A stretch of 64,000 nucleotides of DNA. Origin: Callorhinchus milii. Taxonomy: Eukaryota. Under the pieces are notes generated by a model. The model searched no databases and was not told the origin of the DNA. It worked only from the letters and a program-made list of their open reading frames with translations. Positions 52,615 through 64,000 of the stretch are shown in pieces. Both the position numbers and the translations under genes were made by a program. The stretch covers positions 113,338,001-113,402,000 of the forward strand of contig NW_024704743.1 in assembly GCF_018977255.1 (NCBI RefSeq). The letters are read 5' to 3'. Positions within the stretch are counted from its first letter, which is position 1; the number at the start of each line of letters is the position of its first letter.

Positions 52615-53449
52615 TTGACTTTTCTCCTGGGCTTTATATCCCTCTACAGTTTCTTGTTGTCTATTGCTGCATAATCCCTATATCTTTTGCACTGATAGCA
52701 TTCTTTTTCCTTCTGCGGGACATCTCCTCAGAGGATGTTATAATCCACATTTGCCACATTTGTCCATTGTGTTTGGCCTCCCTCTTGGCCTGTATATTCT
52801 CTGCTTTCCATACTCTTCATCTGTATCATTCCAACTTTGTCTGTTGGCTCATTTATTTCCATTTCTATTTCTCTCTCCATGTCTCTCATATTTATTTTTG
52901 TCACCTCTTCAATCCTTATTACCTCCATTGCCGGTTCTAACATCATATCCTCTTTTTTCAAAAGCTTTCATCTGAATCTACTATCTGTTATGCAAATTAC
53001 AATCTGGTCCAGTAGCACTTCCTCTATTAATGTTCCATAATTGATATTTTTACTTAAGGATCTCGGAATTGCGCAGGACTGATTGAATGATCCTGTGGGT
53101 TCCTGCTTTCTTGTTCCAACCTTAATTATCACATTATATTTTCCAAGGCATTTTTCCATCATAATAGTCGTCATCTTATTCACTGGCATGTCCACCTCTC
53201 TTTCTAGGGTGACAAAATATTCCCTTGCTTCCTCACCTACCACATTCAAAAATATAGCAGACTACTGACTAGATTTTAAAGTCTCTTTCAAACCGTTGCC
53301 AATTGTGCCTTAAACTTCCAACCAACTTCAGTGGTCTTCGTATCTGCACATACCTTGGTACGGCATTCAATTCTGGTACTCTCAGCATTTTGCTTTTCAA
53401 TCATATGCAATCTCACAGTCCATTTCACTCCAGGTTCCATTTTCACTTC

Positions 53450-53940
53450 TGTAATGTTTATTAATCCAGAACAGTTTAGATTCACTGATTCCTTCATTTA
53501 AATCTTACACTTCCATTCGCTGCCACAATCTGCCCAGTCACGTTCCCAGAATCCTTTTATGTTTGCTTCTCATTGTCAATGGAGTCCTGTAGCTCAGTGG
53601 TTAGAGCACTCACTTTGCAAGCGAGAGACCTGAGTTCAATTCCAGGCAGGGCGAAATCTTGGGCAAGTTTCCTTACTCCACACGCTAATAATAATCCCTC
53701 CAAAACCCAAAACAATAATAAAATTGGTCATTTTCAATCTACGACTGTTTGTGGGACATTGCTGTGCGCAATTGGCTGCCGCGTTCGCCCACAAATATAC
53801 AGTCAATTCACTTTACAGTGTGTTCTGTGAAACGCTTTGGGACGTCCTCCCGACATGAAAAGCACTATATCAAATGCAAGGATTATTATTAATATTATCA
53901 ATGTCCAATTGCTAATTAAGTCTTAAAGCAATATGCAAAA
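53450..53940 (-). repeat. 5' LTR interrupted by a SINE
   Basis: tgtaatgttt...cattgtcaat [SINE] tcaatgtccaattg...atatgcaaaa. Confidence 0.85.
53581..53897 (+). mobile_element. tRNA-Ala-derived SINE inserted in the LTR
   Basis: Full length; TCAAT target duplication. Confidence 0.93.
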
Positions 53941-55274
53941 GAAGGATCTATGCAAATCCATCTCCAACCACTACATAGTAAAGCAATGTGCTGCACTACC
54001 TTCAAAAACCTAAGTTTATAATAAGATAACAAGTTTGGTATATAAGTATATGGTATGTAACTGGATACCCTAAAATATAATTTGGCAAGAGGCATATTTT
54101 TGAATTGTGTTGATAATCCTTGACTTGGATAAGCTTCCATTGAATGCACATATGAACACATAATACGGCCATGCTAAGTATTGAACATGCCTATTCTTGA
54201 TTTAGATCAGCACCGCATTTCATTTAAACAGGGAACCACTTATTGTATCAGGAAAAGAAACGTGAAGCAAATTATCCCAATATTGTAGGAATTAGTTTGA
54301 CCCAAACTAAATAGTGATTTTATATTCTGCAATTCTGGCTTTTTGAGCATGAATAGAATATGATTGGCTTGTGCCATTAAAAATCTGACATGGAAATTGC
54401 CATGAGACAGAAAGCATAGAATCATAGAATTATACAACACAGAAGGAAACCATTCGGCCCATCGTGTCTGTGCCAATTTTAAAAGAGAAATAAGGGAAAT
54501 AATAAACCTCACACACTCCACAGATCCAATTTCCCAAATAGTACCATATTTTGCTCTCTATTTCAAAAGTCCATGGCAGCCTTCTGGTGGCACAACATGC
54601 TGTAGAGATGAAGATTTATGTTTTCATCTGGCAATCCTCAAATGATCTCAGTCAAAAAATTTGGGTGAATTATTTTCTGCTCGCTGGTAAATTTACTTAC
54701 CATGATGATGAGAGTTTATAATGTGTAATGTACAGAACTTTACTTGTCATGTGCAATTAGATTGTACGGTATTAACATTTTCATCCAATACACTACACAT
54801 TCCTGTTATTTGGATGGATTTTTCTGTCAGTGAGATGGCAACAATGTCACTATTTTCATCAGCATGATTTTCCAATAAAAGGGGTGAAAGGCAATTTCTG
54901 CCAATTGCTGAATGGTCAGGGGCAACAGGTTTTCTTTCCACACAAAACTGGAATCTATGGGATCGTTTTTTCCCTGTTCACCAATACTAAATAGCAGCAA
55001 CAGCAAAATTAGGAAAAGAGGCCAGAAGCAGTTACCTAATATTCTAACTTATACCACTATTATTGATACAGTGATCAATTATATAGGTAGTGATGCCTTT
55101 ATGTGTTTGAACAAATCATTGTGTAAGAGCAACAGAGTTTATGAAAGTAAAGGCGGAGGCTACACTAGGAGTTATTGCTTTAGTGCCAATGCTACCATGT
55201 GAGCAACACTCACAGCCTATCTATAAAAGAGTCATAAACCAGTTCCTCTCTTGGAATAGCTCTGTGAGGTCAAA

Positions 55275-55480
55275 GATGTCAGCCAGGCTCAAGTGGTGTC
55301 AATCTCACTTAAAATTCAGAAGGTGGTGTTTTATGCCTCAAATCAGGACCTTGAGCTCATAGTCCAAGACAACACTCCAATACAGAGCTGGGAAGCGCTG
55401 TATTGTCAGAGGTGCCGTCTTTCAATTGATACGTTAAACCAAAGTCCTGTCTATCTCTTGAGTTGGATGTTAAATACAAG
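55275..55480 (+). mobile_element. Older Deu-type SINE 5' fragment
   Basis: gtcagccaggctcaagtggt...cagaaggt...attgtcagaggtgccgtctttc. Confidence 0.65.
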
Positions 55481-56451
55481 CATTTTTATATGCTTTTGTA
55501 TTTGCTATTATGAAGTGATTGTGGTTAAACATAAGGGTGACATATTTGTCAAGATTTTACTGTGTAACAGTACTGTAATTGCAAAATCAAATATATATTG
55601 TACACTTGACATATGGATTTCCTGCATTTACATGGTGCTACATAGTATTCAGGAAGTGAATGCCATCATGATTTTACAAAAATGTAAAAGTGTTCTTGGC
55701 AATGAAATACAATGTTTTGTCCTGTAACTTTATACTGTGAAAGTTGAAACATCTTGTGGATGATTGGTGTGTTACACTTTGGCTCCCCCAAGTGAAGTAG
55801 AAAATACATAACAGCAAAAATCTCATGCACCACAGTTCTGTTGCTCTGCTAAAATGTCATTTTATTTGCAAACGTGCGTTTGTGAAAGACTCCAGTAAGA
55901 TATCTTTGAGATTTAGCAAAAGTGATAGTAACCATTATAAATTCTGTCATTTATTCAAATATTTGTGACATAAACCATTGTTTAATTTAGGAGATTTACA
56001 TGCTTCCTAATGGGATTACCAGAATTGGAGAACTGATCACGTAGCCACATCTGCTTGTGGTGGTTTCAACTAAATTGTATGTAATGAGTAACCTTTGTGT
56101 AAATACAGTAGCTTGTTAGTTCGCTAATGTAGGAAAATAATGATCTGACTGACACCTGATGTTGCTTGGAGGGAGCCTACTGTAAAACAAGCATTAAGAA
56201 TGTTGACATACCTATAAAAGCTCTTAATCTCGGACCAAGACAGCTTTTCTTTTTATCTCATGGACCCTGGTGCTGAAAAATACTTTAATAATACAAGTAG
56301 GAACTTGGCTGTTAGTCAATTGGCAGATCGCACTCCATGAATAATAATCCTATCGACCCCAAAAAAATTTGGTTACTCAATCCACGACAGTTTGTGGGAC
56401 ATTCGGTGCGCAATTGGCTGCCGTGTTTTGCCTACAAAGTACACAGTCAAT

Positions 56452-57073
56452 CAACAACAACAACAACAACTTGGATTTATATAGTGCCCTCCATGCTGGA
56501 TGGCGTCTCAGAGCACTTTACAGTTTCGGATCCCGGGACCGAGCCAGGGGGAGGGGTGTGAAGGTGATCAAAGGCGCGGTCGAAAAAAAAGGTCTTCAGC
56601 AAAGATCTGAAAATAGGAAGGGAGGGAGCAAGACGAAGGGAGTGAGGAAGGCAGTTCCAGAGCCTCGGGGCATAGTGTCTGAAGGCACGGCCACTGAGGG
56701 TGGAGCGGAGGACTCGGGGGACAAGGAGGATGCCAGACCCAGAGGAACGAAGGCAACGGGTACTGTTCTGAGGAGAGAGGAGGTCAGAGAGGTAGGGAGG
56801 TGCAGAGGAGTGCAGGGACTTGAATACAAGGGTGGGGATCTTGAAGTCGATCCTCTTTGGGATAAGTAGCCAGGCAGTCTGGCAAGGACTGGGGTGATCG
56901 GGGAGCGGAGTTTCGTGCAGGTGAGAATACGGATGGCAGAATTTTGAATGAGTTGGATTTTATGGATGGTAGTGGATGGGAGACCGGTGAGGAGGGCGTT
57001 AGTAGTCCAGCCGAGAGGTGACAAAGGCATGGACCAGGGTTTCAGCGGCTTTTGGGGAGAGGTATTGGTGGAG
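56452..57073 (-). mobile_element. L2 3' fragment inserted into a SINE (56295-56451 and 57074-57163)
   Basis: (AAC)n tail; LLTGLP...KIQLIQNSA; the SINE is split at agtcaat|cactttac. Confidence 0.85.
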
Positions 57074-57319
57074 ACACTTTACAATATATTCTGGGAAGCG
57101 CTTTGAGACATCACAATTATGTGATAAGGCATTATATAAAATGCAAGGATTATTATTATTATTAATGAACAAAAATCAGATATCAGGATTAACATTCTTT
57201 TTTGATACTAACCTTAAAATACTGAAATAAATACAACAAAAATTAAAATAAAATAAGACCTAACTAGCTTGTGCTAGTGTTTATACTCAACATGAGCCCT
57301 CATGAATATCCTATACACC

Positions 57320-57600
57320 CAATCCTGGCAGGGCGAAATGTTGTGCAAGTTTCCTTACTCCACATGCCTCTGTTTACCTAGTAGTAAGTAGGAACCCAGT
57401 TGTTAGTCGATCGGCAGATCGCTTTTCTGGGGACATAATTCCTTTTTAAAAAAAATAAAATGGTCACTTCGAACCACGACTGTTTGTGGGACACTGTTGT
57501 GCGCAATTGGCTGCTGCATTTCGCCCATAAAATATACAGTCAATTAATTTTACAGTATATAATTATACAATTAATTATACAGTATATCATTATTATTATC
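57320..57600 (+). mobile_element. Long (older) variant of the tRNA-Ala SINE
   Basis: Carries an extra ctgtttacctagtagtaagtaggaacccagttgttagtcga segment absent from young copies. Confidence 0.75.
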
Positions 57601-59647
57601 CTGCTTGGCAGGGAGGTAAGTTGGGAAGTTGCCACCAGACAGTGTTTTCAATGGCAAGCAATTGCAATCTTACCTGGTTAAACTCCAACATACATACTTG
57701 AGGGTCCCCAAGCCTTGATTCTTGCCAACCTGTATCTAATATTTTCTGTAATTAGGTAAACAGGATGAAACCTTCCAGGGAGAGGGTGCACATTCCATTC
57801 AAAATCAAGGAAATTTCCATGTGTTGATAGCATGCACATGTGGACTTCTCAGTTTGGTTTGGTTACTCTTAAGCATGTATCAGACTGACCAGAAAAAAAC
57901 TGTCACCAGTTGTCATTTCATAATTGCAAGGATTATTATTTATTATTATATTATTTTCTCACCATTTTCCTGCTGTCTTTTTGTACCTATTTGGTCTTGC
58001 TTCAACCCATCATTTTTTCTAACATTTTTAACTTAAAATCTTTTATTATTCTTTATTATTCTTATCCTTTCCAATGTCTGCACTCTGCATTTTGTAAGAT
58101 GGGAAAATCTGTTTCTTCATTTGTTTCCATTGGTTGGAAACTGGCTTAACCATCAGGTTTTGCAGTCAATCAAAACAACAACCACAAAATTACATTTATA
58201 GAGTGCCTTTCACCTCGGGAGGACATGAAAAGGCATATAGATGGACAATTTACAGGATTTCATCATAGAAGTGTCCATGTCAATATTGGATTCAAGATTT
58301 AGTATGGAGATTTAGAAATGGAAGCTTTGTCAAACATTGACAGAACAGCGAAAAATTGTGTCACTGGTGCTCTAAGTGTCAAGGACAGTGGTTCATTTCA
58401 TAACTGCTGATGTTAACATTACTTACAATGGAGGAATCCTGTGGAAGGTCGCATAACTCACTTATAACCTCCTGGTTTGTCAATAACAAGTAGATGACCC
58501 CTATTCCTGCATAGCCTCTGTCTGCGGTAGTAATTATAATAATAATTATAATAATCTTTGCGTTTGATATAGCCCCTTATCACGTTGTTGAGACGTCTCA
58601 AAGCATTTCATAGAATACACTGTAAAGTGAATTTACTGTATATTTTGTGGGTGATACATGGCAGCCAATTGTGCACAGCAGTTGGTAGTGTGATGACCTG
58701 CACTCATGAACATCTACCATATCCACCACATGTTTATATCTAACACTGTTCGTAGCTCCCATAATCTTTGGAAAAATAAACCCAGATGCATGAAACTATT
58801 ACAATATCATTCCGCTCCAAATCCCTAACTGTCCAGTGCTTTAGGATGTCCTCCCAATGTGAAGGGGACTATACAAATGTAATTTTGTATTGTATTGTAA
58901 TAACAAATGCTTCAAATGTACATCAAATCACTTAGCACCAAATTAATTAATGCCAGGCTGGAAGAGACATTTGCGGTACATTTGTCTACCTGCTTTATTC
59001 AATGTGAAGTTTACAATGGATTTTTGTGAATTCTTAATATTCTGTACCCATGTTTGCATAGTAAATTTACAGATATAGGAATATATTATCCCCAGTATCA
59101 GTAATGGGTATTCTCAGATTCCATACCATAGCTAGCTATAGAATAAAATTCCCTCTCCGCCCATCCTTTAATATGCTTCAGCTTCCATCTCAGGAAATCC
59201 ATTTTCCATTTCTATACTAGGCTGTCACTATCTCTTCTGCTTGAGATTGTCAATGAAGTGCCAACTGTTGTGAAATTGACTGCCACTTAGATTGATGAAT
59301 GTTGAAGCAACCAAAAATGAACAGACAGATGGCTGATTTGCTCATTCCACAGGAAGTTATATAGGCTTCACAGCAGAGCAGGATGCAATTGAGAAAGATC
59401 TGTACAGATCTTGGAAGAAAATGAAATTGATATCGCAAGCAGAATGGAATAGATTGCCTTCTGTTTTGATGGCTTTCATGTGTCCTTACAAGTCACAAAC
59501 ACAAAGGGCAGGTGCTTAATCTATTCCTCCTTAATAATGCACATTTAACAGTGCAAGTTGTCGTTGGTGCGTTGTCAGAGGTGGCATCCTTTGAATGGGC
59601 CTTTAAACCAAGGTCCTATTGTCTGTTCACGTTGATGGTAAGATCCA

Positions 59648-59990
59648 TAATAATAATCCTTCCATTTGATATAGCACCTTATCATATCTATGAGATGTTT
59701 CAAAGCGCTTCATAGAATATACTGTAAAGTTAATTGACTGTATATTTTGTGGCCGAAAAGCAGCAGCCAATTGCACACAGCAGTGTCCCACAAACCATTG
59801 TGGATTGAGTAACCAATTTTTAAAAAATTTGAAGAGAATTATTATCCCAGGAAAAGTGATCCACCAAATCGACTAACAACTGGGTTCCTACTTACTGCTA
59901 GGTAAACAGAGGTGTGTGGAGTAAGGAAACTTGCTCTACATTTCAACCTGCCGAGAATCAAACTCAGATTTCTCGCTTACTAGGCGAGTG
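59648..59990 (-). mobile_element. Long-variant SINE inserted in an older Deu-type SINE
   Basis: Reverse complement of the long variant; Deu-SINE sequence at 59565-59645 resumes near 59990. Confidence 0.75.
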
Positions 59991-60442
59991 ATCCAATGGC
60001 ACTATTCAAAAAGAGAAGATCGATTCTCTGGTGCCTTGGGTAACAATCTCCCGGGTAAAATTGCTTATTCAAGCAATATTAAGCGCTTTGGGACGTCCTC
60101 CCGACGTGAAAAGCGCTATATCAAATGCAAGGATTATTATGCATTTTGTGGAACATTTCTGTATTGATTTTGGGGCCTGTGTTTGCCTCTAAATTTTCAG
60201 AAAATTCTGCGAAGCACTTTCAGACATTTAGATGACGTGATAAAGCATTACATCAAGTGTAAGAATTACCATTATTATAACAATGACCAATTTTCAATTG
60301 CAATGCGTCGCCTCATAAATCAATCCTGGATAGATTTCCCTTTTTTCAAGTAAAATGAGAATTTATCTCATTTTCTCAAGTGAAGAAGATCAGTTCTGTG
60401 GAAGGGAATATTTTGTTGTGTGTCCCAGATGAGGTGCCTCAT

Positions 60443-60690
60443 AACAACAACAACAGCAGCAAATTGCACTTATATACCACCCTTCATGTCGGAAAGACTT
60501 CCCAGGGCGCTGGATCGTCAGGGTTTTTTGGACCCAAGGTGGGAGTTGGGGTTCAGGAGAGCAGGGGGATGCGGGTGGGAGGGTGGTGGAAGGAATGGTC
60601 GAAGAGGAAGGTCTTTAGGCGGGACTTGAAGGAGACAACAGAGGTAGTGAGACAAATTGATTACGGGATAGAGTTCCACAGTATGGGGGG
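60443..60690 (-). mobile_element. L2 3' fragment
   Basis: (AAC)n-like tail and L2 C-terminus on the minus strand. Confidence 0.75.
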
Positions 60691-62125
60691 CAGAGGTGGG
60701 ATTTGAACCCATCATAGCACAGATGGGAGAGTAAAAAGATTATAAGCAAGCATGGACTGAAAAAGGAATTCATGCGATTAAACCCACTCATTTCACAGAG
60801 CATGTACAATCTGTGCTATTCTGATTTCTACCACACCTATTTCATATTGGAGGTGGAGGAAGCCTTTGTGGATATTCGGATGAATACTGGATAGCATCCT
60901 ATTTATTATTATATTAAGTTAGTCAGTCTATAATCCCTAGGTTTGAGTCTCATTTCTTTTTTGAATAATGGGAAATGTTATGTTTGAGCCCTCAGGTACA
61001 GCTCTAATATTATTTACAAAACTCGTAAGAATATTAACAAACACTCATCTATTTTCTCTTGCATTTGTTTCAGGATGGATATTATTGAATCCTGCTACTT
61101 GGTAGATTTCTTTTTCCATAATGCATTCATCTATGTTGACTTGCCTCACATGATCCCATGGAAAATGTGCACTAAGTGTAAAAAGCGCATCCTATAGCAG
61201 CAACGACAAATCACGGAATGTCTTTCTCATCCCCAAGTCCCTGAGTGATTGTGTTTGTTAGTGCCACACTACAGATTTGAGCATATACCCATTTAGTTCT
61301 GTTGCCCAGGCTCATTTCATGCAGCAATCATACAGTCAATACACAGACTGTCAGCTCTGCCTGGATTTGAACCCATCTGCCACCCACTTCATTTTCAAAT
61401 TTAAATGTTACCAAATAATCATTCACAGACCTTACAATAATTATTCTACGCTCAGATGGTACAATAAGCGACATTTATTCAAATTATACTGGAACCTTAT
61501 TATGATTTCTTAGATTGAACAGAGATTATGCTTTGCTTCCAGTATAATGAAAAATGACAAAACTTCAGTTACAGCCACATTGCTTGTTTAACTGACTCAC
61601 AGATCTACCAGATTCCACTCATAGTTTCCCAAAAGTCAGCGCAATTAAATTAAACATCAAATTAAAAATTGAGCAACCAGGCAAGCTTGTACAGAGCTGT
61701 AATGATCCTCACACCAGAACCTAATCTCCTCAAATTTAATTTGAGCGATTGGTACTGGACTTGCCTTTTAACAGCTAAATGTATTGCTTCTTCCAAGAAA
61801 TGTGAATAGGCTGTAATGCTTTGGTATTATGTCATGTGATTATAACGGATTTAAGGAACCATTGCGTAATGTAACACCTTTAAACCAGAACAGAGGTTTT
61901 CCTTTTATATCTATTCTGTCACCTGCTGTGACTGGGTAACAGAAAAAGCATATCTGAGCAAACAAATGTTATTCACATTCTCAGCTGGTTTGATCATCGA
62001 CTGATGATGGCCTGGTTCTGGTCAGTGAAGTCATGTACTGTGCAGCATGTGACACCTATCCCTATCAGTTGGTAACTTTATCTAATGTGGATTCTAGCTG
62101 TGACATACCTTATAAATGTTATTAG

Positions 62126-62728
62126 GTGTCAGCCTTGCTTAAGTGGTATTATTCTTGTCTCTGAGTCAGAAGGTTGATGGTTTAAGCCTCACGAGGGGAC
62201 TTTACATTCTCATGGTCTAGGTTGACGAGTGCTGGGGAGGACTGTTTTTTAGGAGGTGCCATCCTTCAGCTGAAATGTTAACCTGAAGTCCTGTCTGACT
62301 ATTCAAGTGTTGCTCTGGGCTTTTTCTCATTGAGCACATCTATTAAATAATTATTATATTAATTCTTGCATTTGATATAGAACCCTATTCATGTTATTAA
62401 AACATCTCAAAGCTCTACAAGGAGATTTGCTGTGAATTTGTGCACAGAAATGTGCCACAATAGCATGAAGTGAGTAACCAATTTTTATCTGGGGAATTAC
62501 TGGCCATAATACTCCCTGCTCTCCAATTAGTGTCATGGGATCTTAAACATCCATGTGAACAGGTAGATGTCACCTTGGTTTAACCATCTCATCCAAAGGA
62601 TGACACCTCTGACAATGCATCGCACCCCTTGCAGGACATTGGAGCGTCAGTCTAGACAAGTCTTGACATGGGACTTGAACCCACAACCTCTGACTTAGAG
62701 AACGCTACCAACTGAGCCAAGCTGACAC
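62126..62728. mobile_element. Two older Deu-type SINEs in inverted arrangement
   Basis: Plus-strand head gtgtcagcc...ctctgagtcagaaggt (62126-62310); minus-strand near-full copy ending ccaactgagccaagctgacac (62355-62728). Confidence 0.75.
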
Positions 62729-62856
62729 AACCAGAGAATATCAAACCATGATTAATTCTGTGATACTGTCCCAACTACCGTAGCCTCCCAGGTATTCCTT
62801 TCTCATATGGAAACCCTTCCACCTTAGCTTTCCTTCCTATCTCTGTTGAATAATTT

Positions 62857-64000
62857 ATTAGATTTAGATTACTCATGAACAAGGACAAAGTACAGTCAAG
62901 GGTGAAAATGCTTGAATGGAAAATAGCTAATTTTGATGGGCTAAAGAGGGACCTAGAGTTGGTGGACTGGCAAGTAAGAATGGCAGGTAAAACGACTCAT
63001 GAGCAATGGGAAATCTTCAAAGATACAATAGCTCAGGGTCTAAATAGATATATTCCCACAAAAGGGAAATGTGCGAGAACCAAGCCTGCTTGGATGACCA
63101 GGGATATTCTGTCTAGGATGAAAAAGAAGAAGATGGCATACGACAATTGGCGGATGCAAGACACTGAGGATAGCAAAGCACATTATAGAGAATGCAGGAG
63201 TGATCTTAAAAGAGCAATAAGACAGGCTAAAAGATCGCATGAGAAGAGGTTAGTGGGTAACATAAAGGGGAATCCTAAAATATTTTATAAGCACATAAAG
63301 GAAAAAAGGTTAGTTAAAGGTAGGGTGGGGCCAATCAAAGACAATGACGGCAATCTTGTTGTGGAGGCAGAGGGCGTGGCTGATATACTGAACGAGTACT
63401 TTGCATCTGTCTTCACAACGGAAACGGATGCCCCAAATGCCACAGTATTGGATGACAGGGTAGAGGACATAGATCAGATTACTATAGACAGAGAGGAAGT
63501 TCTGAAAAGATTGACTGGGCTCAAAATTGATAAGTCACCAGGACCAGATGGGTTTCACCCAAGGTTGCTGTGGGAGATACGGGTTCAAATAGCGGAGGCT
63601 TTGGCCATTATATTTCAATCGTCATTGGACACAGGAGTGGTGCCAAGAGACTGGAGAGTAGCTAATGTTACCCCACTCTACAAAAAGGGGCAGAAAGACA
63701 AGCCCGGAAATTACAGGCCAGTCAGCCTAACTTCGGTAATAGGAAAACTACTGGAGACCGTAATCCGGGACAAAATAAATCTCTACTTAGAGGAACACGA
63801 GGTAATTAGAGACAGCCAACATGGATTTGTTAAAGGCAAATCTTGCCTAACAAATCTAATAGAATTTTTTGAAGAGGTGACTGCGAGGGTTGATGAGGGA
63901 AATGCGGTGGACATTATTTACATGGATTTTAAAAAGGCTTTTGACACAGTACCGCATAAGAGGTTAATAAAAAAACTGGAGGCCCACGGTATTAAGGGGA
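62857..64000 (+). mobile_element. Young 5'-truncated CR1 with an open ORF2 frame running off the window
   Basis: Hand translation shows no stop: ...KPAWMT...LNEYFASVFT...KSPGPDG...NYRPVSLTS...SQHGF...YMDFKKAFD. Confidence 0.9.

Larger units (their letters stand above)
47411..53940 (-). mobile_element. Decayed Gypsy (Ty3, Mag-like) LTR retrotransposon, both ends present
   Basis: Paired LTRs; 5-bp target duplication TAAGG/GAAGG; polypurine tract (AAAAGGAAGA) at about 47577-47586. Gag zinc-knuckle remnants; RT LDCSSGYWQV, YCFQRMPLG, YIDD; RNase H VDASKTGLG, AYASKALS, DHKPL; integrase DNGPQF, ALLAYRN, SPAQMLMSR. Confidence 0.88.

Noticed and set aside
56257..56277. RE1/NRSE site (TTCAGCACCAGGGTCCA, minus strand)
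   Set aside because: Left half matches but the GGACAG right half is poor.
41933..62850. Exons of a neighbouring gene such as TRPA1
   Set aside because: No ankyrin-repeat or other host protein motifs recognised; short exons could have been missed.

Overview
Vertebrate genomic DNA, probably from a cartilaginous fish (inferred only from its repeat content: CR1 and L2 LINEs plus tRNA/Deu-type SINEs). The only host coding sequence is the first coding exon of a Kv2/Shab potassium channel, best matching KCNB2, on the minus strand (25307-25885), with its CpG-rich promoter region at about 25.9-26.9 kb. Positions 1-25306 are its first long coding intron and positions above about 27 kb are upstream DNA dense in nested transposons. 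The main accessory feature is an apparently intact, young, single-ORF L2 LINE (37278-41254, minus). Its 5' end is four identical 88-bp monomers, each with a TATA-like box about 32 nt before an initiator-like site that coincides with the element's own 5' end, followed by a consensus splice donor pointing toward KCNB2. A near-identical 5'-truncated copy sits inside an older L2, which sits inside a complete but decayed Gypsy LTR element (47411-53940). Also present are many tRNA-Ala-derived SINEs sharing the L2 3' stem-loop, several CR1 copies and a TA-flanked TIR element. All comparisons were made by eye, and boundaries of decayed repeats are approximate.
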